A program made the position numbers and the translations under genes. From NCBI RefSeq assembly GCF_020745735.1, contig NC_083435.1, positions 35,632,121 through 35,696,120 on the forward strand: a stretch of DNA of 64,000 bases, read 5' to 3'. Positions 35,819 to 48,600 of the stretch are shown here, piece after piece; the first letter of the stretch is position 1, and the number at the start of each line of letters is the position of its first letter. The notes beneath the pieces are model-generated. The model made no database searches. It was not told the origin of the DNA and was given only the letters and a program-made list of their open reading frames with translations. The DNA is from Hemiscyllium ocellatum. Its lineage: Eukaryota.

Positions 35819-38800
35819 CTAATGAAGAGAGAAACGGCGAGAGGTCAGTGAGCCCAGCTGCGCTCAGAGCACAGTCTCTGCCAGGTCACTGCGGCCCAGG
35901 GGACCCGGGCCGAGGCATGTGGCCCACGACACTGACTGACCGGCTCGGGGTTGGGTGGGGGAAGAGCTGGATCCCTGCAGGAGGCTGTCCCTTTCTCCAG
36001 TCACTTACCCACGCCCAGTCTCCAGGCAACAGGGGATGGGAAACAGGGCGGCCCACTCCCGGATCATTCGCAAAAAAAACACCAGCAGCTTGGGAATCTC
36101 TGGGATATCTGTCCAGCATGAGGAGCTGTGCAGACCATACCAATGCATTGATCTCACAGGCTGGAATACATATCTGTCCAGGACTGGAATTCCTGTAGAC
36201 CACAGCAGTGCATGGATCTACGCAACTGGACTCGACATCTGTGCAGCATGTGCTGACCACAGCAGTGCATTTAACCAGAAACAGATGGTGAAAGACTGGA
36301 TCGACTGAGCTTGTGTTTTCGTTAAAGAAATAACGAACCGAGATCCCACTATAATTCCCTCTGACTAACGCACCTAACCTACCCATCCCTGAACATGGCC
36401 AGTTCACCCTGACCTACATATCTTTGGACTGAGGGAGGAAACTAGAGCACCCTGAGGAAACCCACACAGACACTGGGAGAATGTGCAAACTCCACATGGA
36501 CAGACACCCAAGGGTGGAATCGAACCTGGGACCCTGGGCCTATGAGGCAGTGATGCTGCCCACTGAGCCACCGTGCCACCCTTCAACTGGGCTTGTATTT
36601 GCTGGACTTTAGAAGATTGGGGGCGTGGGGAGGGATCTCATAGATACATATAAAATCTTGATGGGACTGGACAGGCGAGATGCAGGAAGAATGTTCCTGA
36701 TGTTGGCCAAGTCCAGAACTGGGAGTCAATAAAAATAAGGGGTAAGCCATTCAGGACTGAGAGAGGAAGAAATGTTTTCACCCAGAGAGTTGTGAACCTG
36801 TGGAATTCTCTCCCACAGGAAGCTGTTGGGGCCAGTTTGTTAGATCTAGTCACGAGGGAGCTGGATATGAGCCTTGAGCCCGAAGGGGTCAGGGGTATGG
36901 AGAGAGAGAGTGGGAATGGGATACCGAGATGGCTTGGTCAGCCATGATCGGATTGAATGGTGGTGCAGGCTGAAGGGCCGAAGGGCCCACTCCTGCAGCT
37001 ATTTTCGACATTTCCCTGTTTCCAATCCAACTGTGCAACCTGGGGGACTGGGTAGATCTTGCCAGGGCATTGATCTAGGAATTTGTCATCATGGGAGTGC
37101 TGTGCAGACCAGTATTCTGCCTTCGCAGTGAGAAAGCTGACCCATTCAGGGGAGAAGTGGGATGCTCGCTGAGCAATTCGGTATTCACTGGCAGCGCACA
37201 TGTTCAGTCAGCAAGGAGCCCAGGGGAAGATCTCCACGTTCCTCTCCTCTGACTGTCCCCTTCTCCGCCCCCTCTCTGCCAGCAGCACCATACCCCCTCT
37301 CCAGCAATTTCCCCCTGCTCCCTCTGGTTTGGGGCTGCCATCATTCCCCAGAACAGACCAGCCCTTGACAAATAATTGCACTTCAATCCATTTCGAATGT
37401 ACTCACTGGTTGATGAGCCGCTGGACTCTGAACCTGAAAAATAAACACATACACACAGCTTCAGTCAACGGGAGATCAGTGTGAAGACAGTGCAACCTTT
37501 GACAAACTTCGGGAGCAAATGGTTTGATCATGTGGTGAGTCAGAATCATCACAGGGAGGAGCAGTAAATTACTGCAGATGTCAGAATCTGGACTGGAAAC
37601 AAAACTTGCTGGTGATCCCAGCGAGACAGGCAGCAGCCGAGCAGAGACAGCAAGCTAGCATCTTCATCAGAATCACCCAGACTCGAAACATTAGCTTGCT
37701 CTCTATCCACGCATACTGCCTGACTCACTGGGATTTACAGCATTCTTCGCTTTCAAACGCTTGGGGGAAATTGTTGAGGAGATGCTTCCATCAGAGTTGC
37801 TAAGACAGGCAATGGAAATGACTGAAGCAAACAGTGATATGGAGGTTACTCACTGCTAAGGGAGTGCCGCACTGTCAGAGGTTCAGGGCTGAGGGAGTAC
37901 TGCACTGTCAGAGGGTCAGGGCTGAGGGAGTGCCGCACTGTCACAGGGTCAGTGCTGAGGGAGTGCCGCACTGTCAGAGGGTCAGTACTGAGGGAGTGCT
38001 GCACTGTCAGATGGTCAGTACTGAGGGAGTGCTGCACTGTCAGAGGGTCAGTACTGAGGGAGTGCCGCAATGTCTGAGTGTCAGTACTGAGGGAGGGCCA
38101 CACTATCAGAGGGTCAGTACTGAGGGAGTACCGGACTGTCACAGGGTCAGTACTGATGGAGTGCTGCACTGTCAGAGGGTCAGTACTGAGGGAGTGCCGC
38201 ACTGTCAGAGGGTCAGTACTGAGGGAGTGTTGCACAGTGCTGAGGGAGTGCCGCACTGTCAGAGAGTCAGTGCTGAGGGAGTGCCGCACTGACAGAGGGT
38301 CACTGCTGAGGGAGTGCTGTACTGTCAGAGGGCCAGTACTGAGGGAGAGCGACACTGTCAGAGGGTCAGTACTGAGGGAGTGCCACACTGTCAGGGGGTC
38401 AGTACTGAGGGAGTGCCGCACTGTCAGATGGTCAGTACTGAGGGAGTGCTGCACTGTCAGAGGGTCAGTACTGAGGGAGTGCTGCACTGTCAGAGGGTCA
38501 GCACTGAGGGAGTGCTGTACTATCAGAGGGTCAGTACTGGGGGAATGCCGCACTGTCAGAGGGTCAGTACTGAGGGAGTGTTGCCCTGTCAGAGGGTCAG
38601 TACAGAAGGTATGCCGCACTGTCAGAGGGTCAGTACAGAGGGAGTGCTGTACTGTCAGAGGGCCTGTACTGAGGGAGAGCCACACTGTCAGAGGGTCAGT
38701 ACTGAGGGAGTGCTGCACTGTCAGAGGGTCAGTACTGAGGGAGTGCCGCACTGTCAGAGGGCCAGTACTGAGGGAGTGCCGCACTGTCAGAGGGTCAGAA

Positions 38801-41800
38801 CAGAGGGAGTGCTGCACTGTCAGAGGGTCAGTACTGAGGGAGTGCTGTACCATCAGAGGGTCAGTACAGAGGGAGTGTTGCCCTGTCAGAGGGTCAGTAC
38901 AGAGGGAGTGCCACACTGTCAGAGGATCAGCACTGAAGGAATGCCGCACTGTCAGAGGGTCAGTACTGAGGGAGTGCCGCACTGTCGTAAGGTCAGAACT
39001 GAGGGAGTGCCGCAGTGTCAGAGGATCAGTACTGAGAGATTGTTTCACAGTGCTGAGGGAGTGCCGCAATGTCTGAGTGTCAGTACTGAGGGAGGGCCAC
39101 ACTGTCAGAGGGTCAGTACTGAGGGAGTGCCGCACTGTCACAGGGTCAGTACTGAGGGTGTGTTGCACAGAACTGAGGGAGTGCTGCACTGTCAAAGGGT
39201 CAGTACTGAGGGAGTACCGGACTGTCACAGGGTCAGTACTGACAGAGTGCTGCACTGTCAGAGGGTCAGTACTGAGGGAGTGCCGCACTGTCAGAGGGTC
39301 AGTACTGAGGGAGTGTTGCACAGTGCTGAGGGAGTGCCGCACTGTCAGAGAGCCAGTGCTGAAGAAGTGCCGCACTGACAGAGGGTCACTGCTGTGGGAG
39401 TGCTGTACTGTCAGAGGGCCAGTACTGAGGGAGAGCCACACTGTCAGAGGGTCAGTACTGAGGGAGTGCCGCACTGTCAGATGGTCAGTACTGAGGGAGT
39501 GCTGCACTGTCAGAGGGTCAGTACTGAGGGAGTGCTGTACTATCAGAGGGTCAGTACTGGGGGAATGCCGCACTGTCAGAGGGTCAGTACTGAGGGAGTG
39601 TTGCCCTGTCAGAGGGTCAGTACAGAGGGAATGCCGCATTGTCAGAGGGTCAGTACTGAGGGAGTGCCACACTGTCGGAAGGTCAGTACTGAGGGAGTGC
39701 CACACTATCAGAGGGTCAGTACAGAGGGAGTGCTGCACTGTCAGATGGTCAGTACTGAGGGAGTGCTGCACTGTCAGAGGGTCAGTACTGAGGGAGTGCC
39801 GCACTGTCAGAGGGTCAGCACTGAGGGAGTGCCGCACTGTCGGAGCGTCAGTACTGAGGGATTGCCGCACTGTCAGAGGGTCAGTGCTGAGGGAATGCCG
39901 CACTGTCAGAGGGTCAGTACTGGGGGAATGCCGCACTGTCAGAGGGTCAGTACTGAGGGAGTGCCGCACTGTCGGAAGGTCAGTACTGAGGGAGGGCTGC
40001 ACTGTCAGAGGGTCAGTACTGACGGAGTGCTGCACTGTCAGAGGGTCAGTATTGAAGGAGTGCCACAATGTCTGAGGGTCAGTACTGAGGGAGTGCTACA
40101 CTATCAGAAGGTCAGTACTGAAGGAGTGTCGCACTGTCAGAGGGCCAGTACTGAGGGAGTGTTGCACAGTGCTGAGGTAGTGCCGCACTGTCAGAGAGTC
40201 AGTGCTGAGAGAGTGCCGAACTGACAGACGGTCACTGCTGAGGGAGTACTGTACTGTCAGAGGGCCAGTACTGATGGAGAGCCACACCGTCAGAGGGTCA
40301 GTACTGAGGGAGTGCCGCACTGTCAGGGGGTCAGTGCTGAGGGAGTGCCGCACTGTCAGAGGGTCAGTACTGAGGGAGTGCTGTACTATCAGAGGGTCAG
40401 TACTGGGGGAATGCCGCACTGTCAGAGGGTCAGTACTGAGGGAGTGTTGCCCTGTCAGAGGGTCAGTACAGAAGGTATGCCGCACTGTCAGAGGGTCAGT
40501 ACTGAGGGAGTGCCGCACTGTCGGAAGGTCAGTACTGAGGGAGTGCCACACTGTCGGAAGGTCAGTACTGAGGGAGTGCCACACTATCAGAGGGTCAGTA
40601 CAGAGGGAGTGCTGTACTGTCAGAGGGCCTGTACTGAGGGAGTGCCACACTGTCAGAGGGTCAGTACTGAGGGAGTGCTGCACTGTCAGAGGGTCAGTAC
40701 TGAGGGAGTGCCGCACTGTCAGAGGGCCAGTACTGAGGGAGTGCCGCACTGTCAGAGGGTCAGAACAGAGGGAGTGCTGCACTGTCAGAGGGTCAGTACT
40801 GAGGGAGTGCTGTACCATCAGAGGGTCAGTACAGAGGGAGTGTTGCCCTGTCAGAGGGTCAGTACAGAGGGAGTGCCACACTGTCAGAGGATCAGCACTG
40901 AAGGAATGCCGCACTGTCAGAGGGTCAGTACTGAGGGAGTGCCGCACTGTCGTAAGGTCAGAACTGAGGGAGTGCCGCAGTGTCAGAGGATCAGTACTGA
41001 GAGATTGTTTCACAGTGCTGAGGGAGTGCCGCAATGTCTGAGTGTCAGTACTGAGGGAGGGCCACACTGTCAGAGGGTCAGTACTGAGGGAGTGCCGCAC
41101 TGTCACAGGGTCAGTACTGAGGGAGTGCCACACTGTCAGAGGATCAGCACTGAAGGAATGCCGCACTGTCAGAGGGTCAGTACTGAGGGAGTGCCGCACT
41201 GTCGTAAGGTCAGAACTGAGGGAGTGCCGCAGTGTCAGAGGATCAGTACTGAGAGATTGTTTCACAGTGCTGAGGGAGTGCCGCAATGTCTGAGTGTCAG
41301 TACTGAGGGAGGGCCACACTGTCAGAGGGTCAGTACTGAGGGAGTGCCGCACTGTCACAGGGTCAGTACTGAGGGTGTGTTGCACAGAACTGAGGGAGTG
41401 CTGCACTGTCAAAGGGTCAGTACTGAGGGAGTACCGGACTGTCACAGGGTCAGTACTGACAGAGTGCTGCACTGTCAGAGGGTCAGTACTGAGGGAGTGC
41501 CGCACTGTCAGAGGGTCAGTACTGAGGGAGTGTTGCACAGTGCTGAGGGAGTGCCGCACTGTCAGAGAGCCAGTGCTGAAGAAGTGCCGCACTGACAGAG
41601 GGTCACTGCTGTGGGAGTGCTGTACTGTCAGAGGGCCAGTACTGAGGGAGAGCCACACTGTCAGAGGGTCAGTACTGAGGGAGTGCCGCACTGTCAGATG
41701 GTCAGTACTGAGGGAGTGCTGCACTGTCAGAGGGTCAGTACTGAGGGAGTGCTGTACTATCAGAGGGTCAGTACTGGTGGAATGCCGCACTGTCAGAGAG

Positions 41801-44800
41801 TCAGTACTGAGGGAGTGTTGCCCTGTCAGAGGGTCAGTACAGAGGGAATGCCGCACTGTCAGATGGTCAGTACTGAGGGAGTGCTGCACTGTCAGAGGGT
41901 CAGTACTGAGGGAGTGCTGTACTATCAGAGGGTCAGTACTGGGGGAATGCCGCACTGTCAGAGGGTCAGTACTGAGGGAGTGTTGCCCTGTCAGAGGGTC
42001 AGTACAGAGGGAATGCCGCATTGTCAGAGGGTCAGTACTGAGGGAGTGCCACACTGTCGGAAGGTCAGTACTGAGGGAGTGCCACACTATCAGAGGGTCA
42101 GTACAGAGGGAGTGCTGCACTGTCAGATGGTCAGTACTGAGGGAGTGCTGCACTGTCAGAGGGTCAGTACTGAGGGAGTGCCGCACTGTCAGAGGGTCAG
42201 CACTGAGGGAGTGCCGCACTGTCGGAGCGTCAGTACTGAGGGATTGCCGCACTGTCAGAGGGTCAGTGCTGAGGGAATGCCGCACTGTCAGAGGGTCAGT
42301 ACTGGGGGAATGCCGCACTGTCAGAGGGTCAGTACTGAGGGAGTGCCGCACTGTCGGAAGGTCAGTACTGAGGGAGGGCTGCACTGTCAGAGGGTCAGTA
42401 CTGACGGAGTGCTGCACTGTCAGAGGGTCAGTATTGAAGGAGTGCCACAATGTCTGAGGGTCAGTACTGAGGGAGTGCTACACTATCAGAAGGTCAGTAC
42501 TGAAGGAGTGTCGCACTGTCAGAGGGCCAGTACTGAGGGAGTGTTGCACAGTGCTGAGGTAGTGCCGCACTGTCAGAGAGTCAGTGCTGAGAGAGTGCCG
42601 AACTGACAGACGGTCACTGCTGAGGGAGTACTGTACTGTCAGAGGGCCAGTACTGATGGAGAGCCACACCGTCAGAGGGTCAGTACTGAGGGAGTGCCGC
42701 ACTGTCAGGGGGTCAGTGCTGAGGGAGTGCCGCACTGTCAGAGGGTCAGTACTGAGGGAGTGCCGCACTGTCGGAGCGTCCGTACTGAGGGATTGCCGCA
42801 CTGTCAGAGGGTCAGTGCTGAGGGAATGCCGCACTGTCAGAGGGTCAGTACTGGGGGAATGCCGCACTGTCAGAGGGTCAGTACTGAGGGAGTGCCGCAC
42901 TGTCGGAAGGTCAGTACTGAGGGAGTGCCACACTGTCAGAGGGTCAGTACTGAGGGAGTGCCACACTGTCAGAGGGTCAGTACTAAGGGAGTGCCACACT
43001 GTCAGAGGATCAGTACTGAGGGAGTGCCACACTGTCAGAGGGTCAGTACTAAGGGAGTGCCACAATGTCAGAGGATCAGTACTGAGGGAGTGCCACACTG
43101 TCAGAGGATCAGTACTGAGGGAGTGCCACACTGTCAGAGGGTCAGTACTGAGGGAGTGCCGCACTGTTAGTGGGTGCATCGTGAAGGAGCGCTTCTTTGC
43201 TTGAGGAGCTGAACTGTGCCCGTGGTGCTGTATTTGAACAGCTGCAGTGAGTTTGAGGTACATTATCTAAAGGTGGCATTTTTGGATGGGGCGAGGTCCC
43301 TTCCATCCATTTTTTCGGAAATATAAAACCTCCCACAATGCTCTGCAAGGGAGCGTAGGCAAGTGTCACTGTGCATTGTGGGTATTATTGGTTCCTCAGT
43401 CATGTATATGGCAATTGATTATTTGGTCATTCTATCTCTACGTGTACTAACGCACTGCTCTGATGTCGAGATGACCACGTTACCCACAGGATTGGTCTTT
43501 AACAGTGCTCTGTCAGAGTGAGGCTTCCTTTTAAGTCCTGTCCCAATACCCCTGTTGTAAAATACAGGGTGAGGACTGTGAGGTTGGGATGGAGCGGAAT
43601 AAACCGGAACTCTCACCGTGTGTGAAACAGCTGTGGAACCTTTTCTTCACTTCATCTTTGTGCTTCATGTAGTAATAGCCAGCTCCGATGCAGAAAATGA
43701 GCAGCACAAATGCAATGATAGCGCCAATCACCCCTGGTACCACACTGCCACCTTTCTCTGAAAGAACAAAGAACACATCGAGTCTCGGCCCCTCATCCCA
43801 GCCTGAAATATCTCGATCCGATGGAACGGGGAAACGTTCTTCAACTCCGGCTTGCGCAATTCTGGTCACAGTCCCAGTCGTTCAGGAGAGAGGCAATGGA
43901 GCAAATATCCTTCAGCCAGGGAGCACTCAAAATCAAATCGGTTTGCAATTTGGACAGTGACCAGGACGATCTTGGCTGAGAAAGTTCAGACCCCCCGCCA
44001 CGGCCCGAGCAGTTGGACACCTGCTGGAAAAGGCAGCGATGAAGCTTGGTTTCTCTCCCCTCTCTGAGCACGCAAGGGTCCCTTCCACACAAACAGCCTC
44101 AGGAATACCATTCCTCATCTCGTCTTGCGCAAAGGTTAGCCCAATTGCCTCCTTATTCCCATTGCTTCCTGGCATTCCTCATCCCTGGTTATTCCCACTC
44201 CTTCTCCTCCTGGGCAATTCCCATTCCTTCTTAGAGTCCTACAGCGCGGAAACAGACCCTCCGGTCCAACCATTCCATGCCAAACATTATCCCAATCCAA
44301 GCTCGTCCCACCTGGCCCAAATCCCTCCGACTTATTCAATTGTTTTTCAAAATGGAAACTGTGCCCACCTCTGCCACTTCCTCAGGAAGTTCCTTCCATA
44401 CGTGAACCATACTCCGTGTAAGACTTTTGCCCCTAGTGTCGTTCTTAGATCTCTCTCCCGTGACCTTAAAAATATGGCCCCCCTCAGGTTTGAAATCTCC
44501 CTCCTCTGGTGCTCAGTCTCCCAAAAAGTATTCCCACTGAGAACACTGCCAACTCTGCCATGGATATAGGGCACAGAGGGAGTGGGGTTGGGACAAAGAT
44601 CAAACGCCATGCTGTTGGCACCAAGGGGTCCCCCACAAACACTGAGGCATGAGGAAAGACAATGGCCTTTGGTATTACCGCTGGATTATCAATTCAGGAC
44701 ACTCAACTCATGTCCCTGGACGGCGGGTTCAAACCCCGCCATAACAGAGGGTGGACTTTTGAGTTCAATATGAATTCTGGCATTAAGAGTCTAATGATGG

Positions 44801-45565
44801 CTGTGAAATCGTAGTCATGAGAGAGCCACCCGGTTCATGAATGCCCCATCGGGGAGGGAAACTATCACCTTTACCCAGTCTTGCCCGCACGTGACTCCAG
44901 ACCCACAGCAAGGACTCGACTACCCTCTCGATAATCAGGGATGGACAACAAATGCTGGGAACGAACGGACAGTGTCTTGGGAAAGTGAACATCTCCCCGG
45001 GCTGCCACCTCCCAGAGTGAGAATACAACTCCCGAGTTTCTGGATCACCATCCCACTCTCATCCTGATGATCCATGTTCCCAGTCTATTACATTCCCTTT
45101 CCTTTCCCCACATCCCGACCATTCCTCACCCAGAGGCACGACTCATCCCGGCTTTCTCTCACTCTCTTGTGCCGATTGCGGAATCCGGATTTGACTCCCG
45201 TTTCTGGTGCTGGGTAATCAGTTATCCCTCCTCCCATTCCCCCCCCCTCCCCCAGTGTATTCCTATTCGGAGTCTGTGGGTCAGTCCCATCTCTTACCCC
45301 ATGTTATCTTCAGTGGTGCCGGCAGGCTGCTGTGATCAATATGGCACTCGTGATTCCGGTTATCCCCGGGCTCGATCTGGAAAGTTACCCGAATTTGGTA
45401 GGTGCCATCGTGGTTGGGTAGAATGCCTGTGCTGTGGGTTCCGGAGACTGGCACTCCGTCTGCAAACCAGGTCACATTGATCGATCGTGGGTAAAAGCCA
45501 GTGACCAGGCAGTGGAGGTTGACATTCTGCCCATTTGTGTGGTAGACATTTGTCTCAGGGACAAC

Positions 45566-45628
<63 letters not shown>

Positions 45629-48600
45629 GTCACTTTAACTGTAATGGCTCCCTTGGACTCCCTTTACTTTCCCATTTTTCCAGTAATTTTGGTGAAATAA
45701 GGAGTACAGACTCAGGGATCAGTCTGCGTGGGAATCTCAACCACGTCCCGTCCTCTTGGCAAATCAGTCCATTGAGCACCGGAGCGCCTCGCCGCCCTCA
45801 GTACTGCCCTCACCTTGCTGCGGTTCAGCAGATTAACTGTGGCCCACTCACTCACAGCTCTGGGAAATTCATGCTCCTCAGCGACACAGAAGGAGAGCAG
45901 CGTTCGATGAGGAAGATGATAAAAAATGGAGATGGCCTTGAGAGAAACCGGAGTCAATCCCGGTGAAGAGTGCTATGGGCTGTGCACTGCACACTGACCC
46001 GTTTATTGTGTTCTGTGCCCTGCGTACTGTGCTGTGTACAGTGCCCCGTCCCTTGTGTACAGTGCCCCGTGCCCTGCGTACTGTGCTGTGTACAGTGCCC
46101 CGTCCCTTGTGTACTGTGATGTGTACGGTGCCCTGTGCCCTGCGTGTTGTGCTGTGTACAGTGCCCCGTGCCCTGCATGCTGTGATGCGTACAATGCCCT
46201 GTGCCTTGCGTACTGTGACGTGTACAGTGTCCTTTCCCTTGTGTACTGTGCTGTGTACAGTGCCCTGTGCCCTGCTTACTATGCTGTGTATAAATCCTGT
46301 GCCCTGCATGCTGTGCTGTGTACAGTACCCTGTGCCCTGCGTACTGTGCTGTGTAGTGCCCCGTGCCCCGCGTGATGTGATGTGTACAGTGCCCCGTGCC
46401 CAGCGTGCTGTGCTGTGTACAGTGCCCCTTGCCTTGTGTACTATGCTGTGTACAGTGCCCCGTCCCTTGTGTACTGTGATGTGTACAGTGCCCTGTGCCC
46501 TGCATGCTGTGATGCGTACAATGCCCTGTGCCTTGCGTACTGTGACGTGTACAGTGTCCTTTCCCTTGTGTACTGTGCTGTGTACAGTACCCTGTGCCCT
46601 GCGTACTGTGCTGTGTAGTGCCCCGTGCCCCGCGTGATGTGATGTGTACAGTGCCCCGTGCCCAGCGTGCTGTGCTGTGTACAGTGCCCCTTGCCTTGTG
46701 TACTATGCTGTGTACAGTGCCCCGTCCCTTGTGTACTGTGATGTGTACAGTGCCCTGTGCCCTGCGTGCTGTGCTGTGTACAGTGCCCCGTGCACTGTGA
46801 TGTGTACAGTGCCCCGTGCCCTGTGTACTGTGATGTGTACAGTGCCCTGTGTACTGTGCTGTGTACAGTGCCCCGTGCCCTGCGTGCTGTGCTGTGTACA
46901 GTGCCCCGTGCCCTGCATACTGTGCTGTGTACAGTGCCCCGTGCCCTGCGTGCTGTGCCCTGTACAGTGCCCTGTGTACTGTGCTGTGTACAGTGCCCTG
47001 TGCCCTGCATGATGTGCTGTGTACAGTGCCCCGTGCCCTGCGTGTTGTGCTGTGTACAGTGCCCCGTGCCCTGCGTGTTGTGCTGTGTACAGTGCCCCGT
47101 GCCCTGCGTGATGTGCTGTGTACAGTGCCCCGTGCCTTGTGTACTGTGCTGTGTACAGTGCCCCGCGCCTTGTGTACTGTGCTGTGTACAGTGCCCCATG
47201 TCTTGTGTACTGTGCTGTGTACAGTGCTCTGTGCCTTGTGTACTGTGATGTGTACAGTGCCCCGTGCCCTGTGTGCTGTGCTGTGTACAGTGCCCCGTGC
47301 TGTGTACAGTACCCCGTGCCTTGTGTACTGTGTTGTGTACAGTGTCCCTTGCCTTGTGTACTGTGCTGTGTACAGTGCACCGTGCCTTGTGTACTGTGCT
47401 GCGTTCAGTGCCGCGTGCCTTGTGTACTGTGCTGTGTACAGTGCACCGTGCCCTGTGTGCTGTGCTGTGTACAGTGCCCCATGCCTTGTGTACTGTGCTG
47501 TGTACAGTGCCCTGTGCCCAGGGTGCTGTGCTGTGTACAGTGCCCCGTGCCCTGCGTGCTGTGCTGTGTACAGTGCCCCTTGCCTTGTGTACTGTGCTGC
47601 GTACAGTGCCCCGTGCCTTGTGTACTGTGCTGTGTACAGTGCACCGTGCCCTGTGTGCTGTGCTGTGTACAGTGCCCCATGCGTTGTGTACTGTGCTGTG
47701 TACAGTTTCCCGTGCCTTGTGTACTGTGCTGTGTACAGTGCCCCCTGCCCTGCGTGCTGTGCTGTGTACAGTGCCCCGTGCCTTGTGTACTATGCTGTGA
47801 GCTGTGACCACACTTCCTGTGCTCTGTGCCGACTGTTTTGTAGTTTGCGTTGTATTGAACTGTACGTGCCCTGTACGTTTGCTGTGGGTCCCTTGCGTTC
47901 CCTGCACTCTTTGCCTTGTGGATGTTGTATTGATCCAATGCCTGGGTCATCTCCGCAGTGAGTGTGCCACACAGGACAGCCATTTCAGTGCATTTGACGT
48001 TGAGCTTGTGACAGCAATGTTAGGGTCTGACCTACCTTTGCGGTTCAGGAATGCCTGACCATAACCATGATACGTGTTTAACCAATCGACGCAAATTCTC
48101 TTTGTGTACTGTTTCTTGTACTCGTTGTCATCCTTGTTACTGTTCCACTTGTTCTGGGTCGACACCGCGTACGGCGAGGCAGCAACCCAGAGACTGTGAT
48201 CCAGGTCGAAGCTGATCAGCTCTTGCCCGTTGAAGGCGTACTGCCGTTTTCCAGTGACAGTCCCATCCTCCAGTACCTCGCAGCCTGAGGTGTACTGCAG
48301 GTAGTTCAAACCTAAATACAACCAGAACCCAACAAACGTCAGCTTAAACCCAGCCTCTGCATTACCTGTGATCACACCTTCAACTCTAAATCGATATTCA
48401 AATGCAAGCCTGTCATCGAATCACAGAGTCCCGACAGTGTGGAAACAGGCCCTTCGGCCCGACAAGTGCACCCCGAACAGGATTCCACCCGAACCCATTC
48501 CCCATTCCTCCACATTTTCCTCTGACGAATGCACATCCCTGAACACGACAGGCAATTTAGCGTATCCAATTCACCCTAACCTGCACATCTTTGTCTGTGG

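Noticed and set aside
37846-43263. ORFs of 740, 784, 427 and 387 aa
   Set aside because: Translations of the 33-bp satellite, which lacks stops in several frames; they lie inside an intron of gene B.
43758-43869. N-terminal part of the 112-aa ORF containing the gene B TM segment
   Set aside because: Intronic read-through upstream of the acceptor at 43758-43759.
45954-47983. Cys-rich or His/Thr-rich ORFs (488, 370 aa) resembling metallothionein or keratin-associated proteins
   Set aside because: All frames on both strands of a 33-bp minisatellite in intron 3 of gene B.
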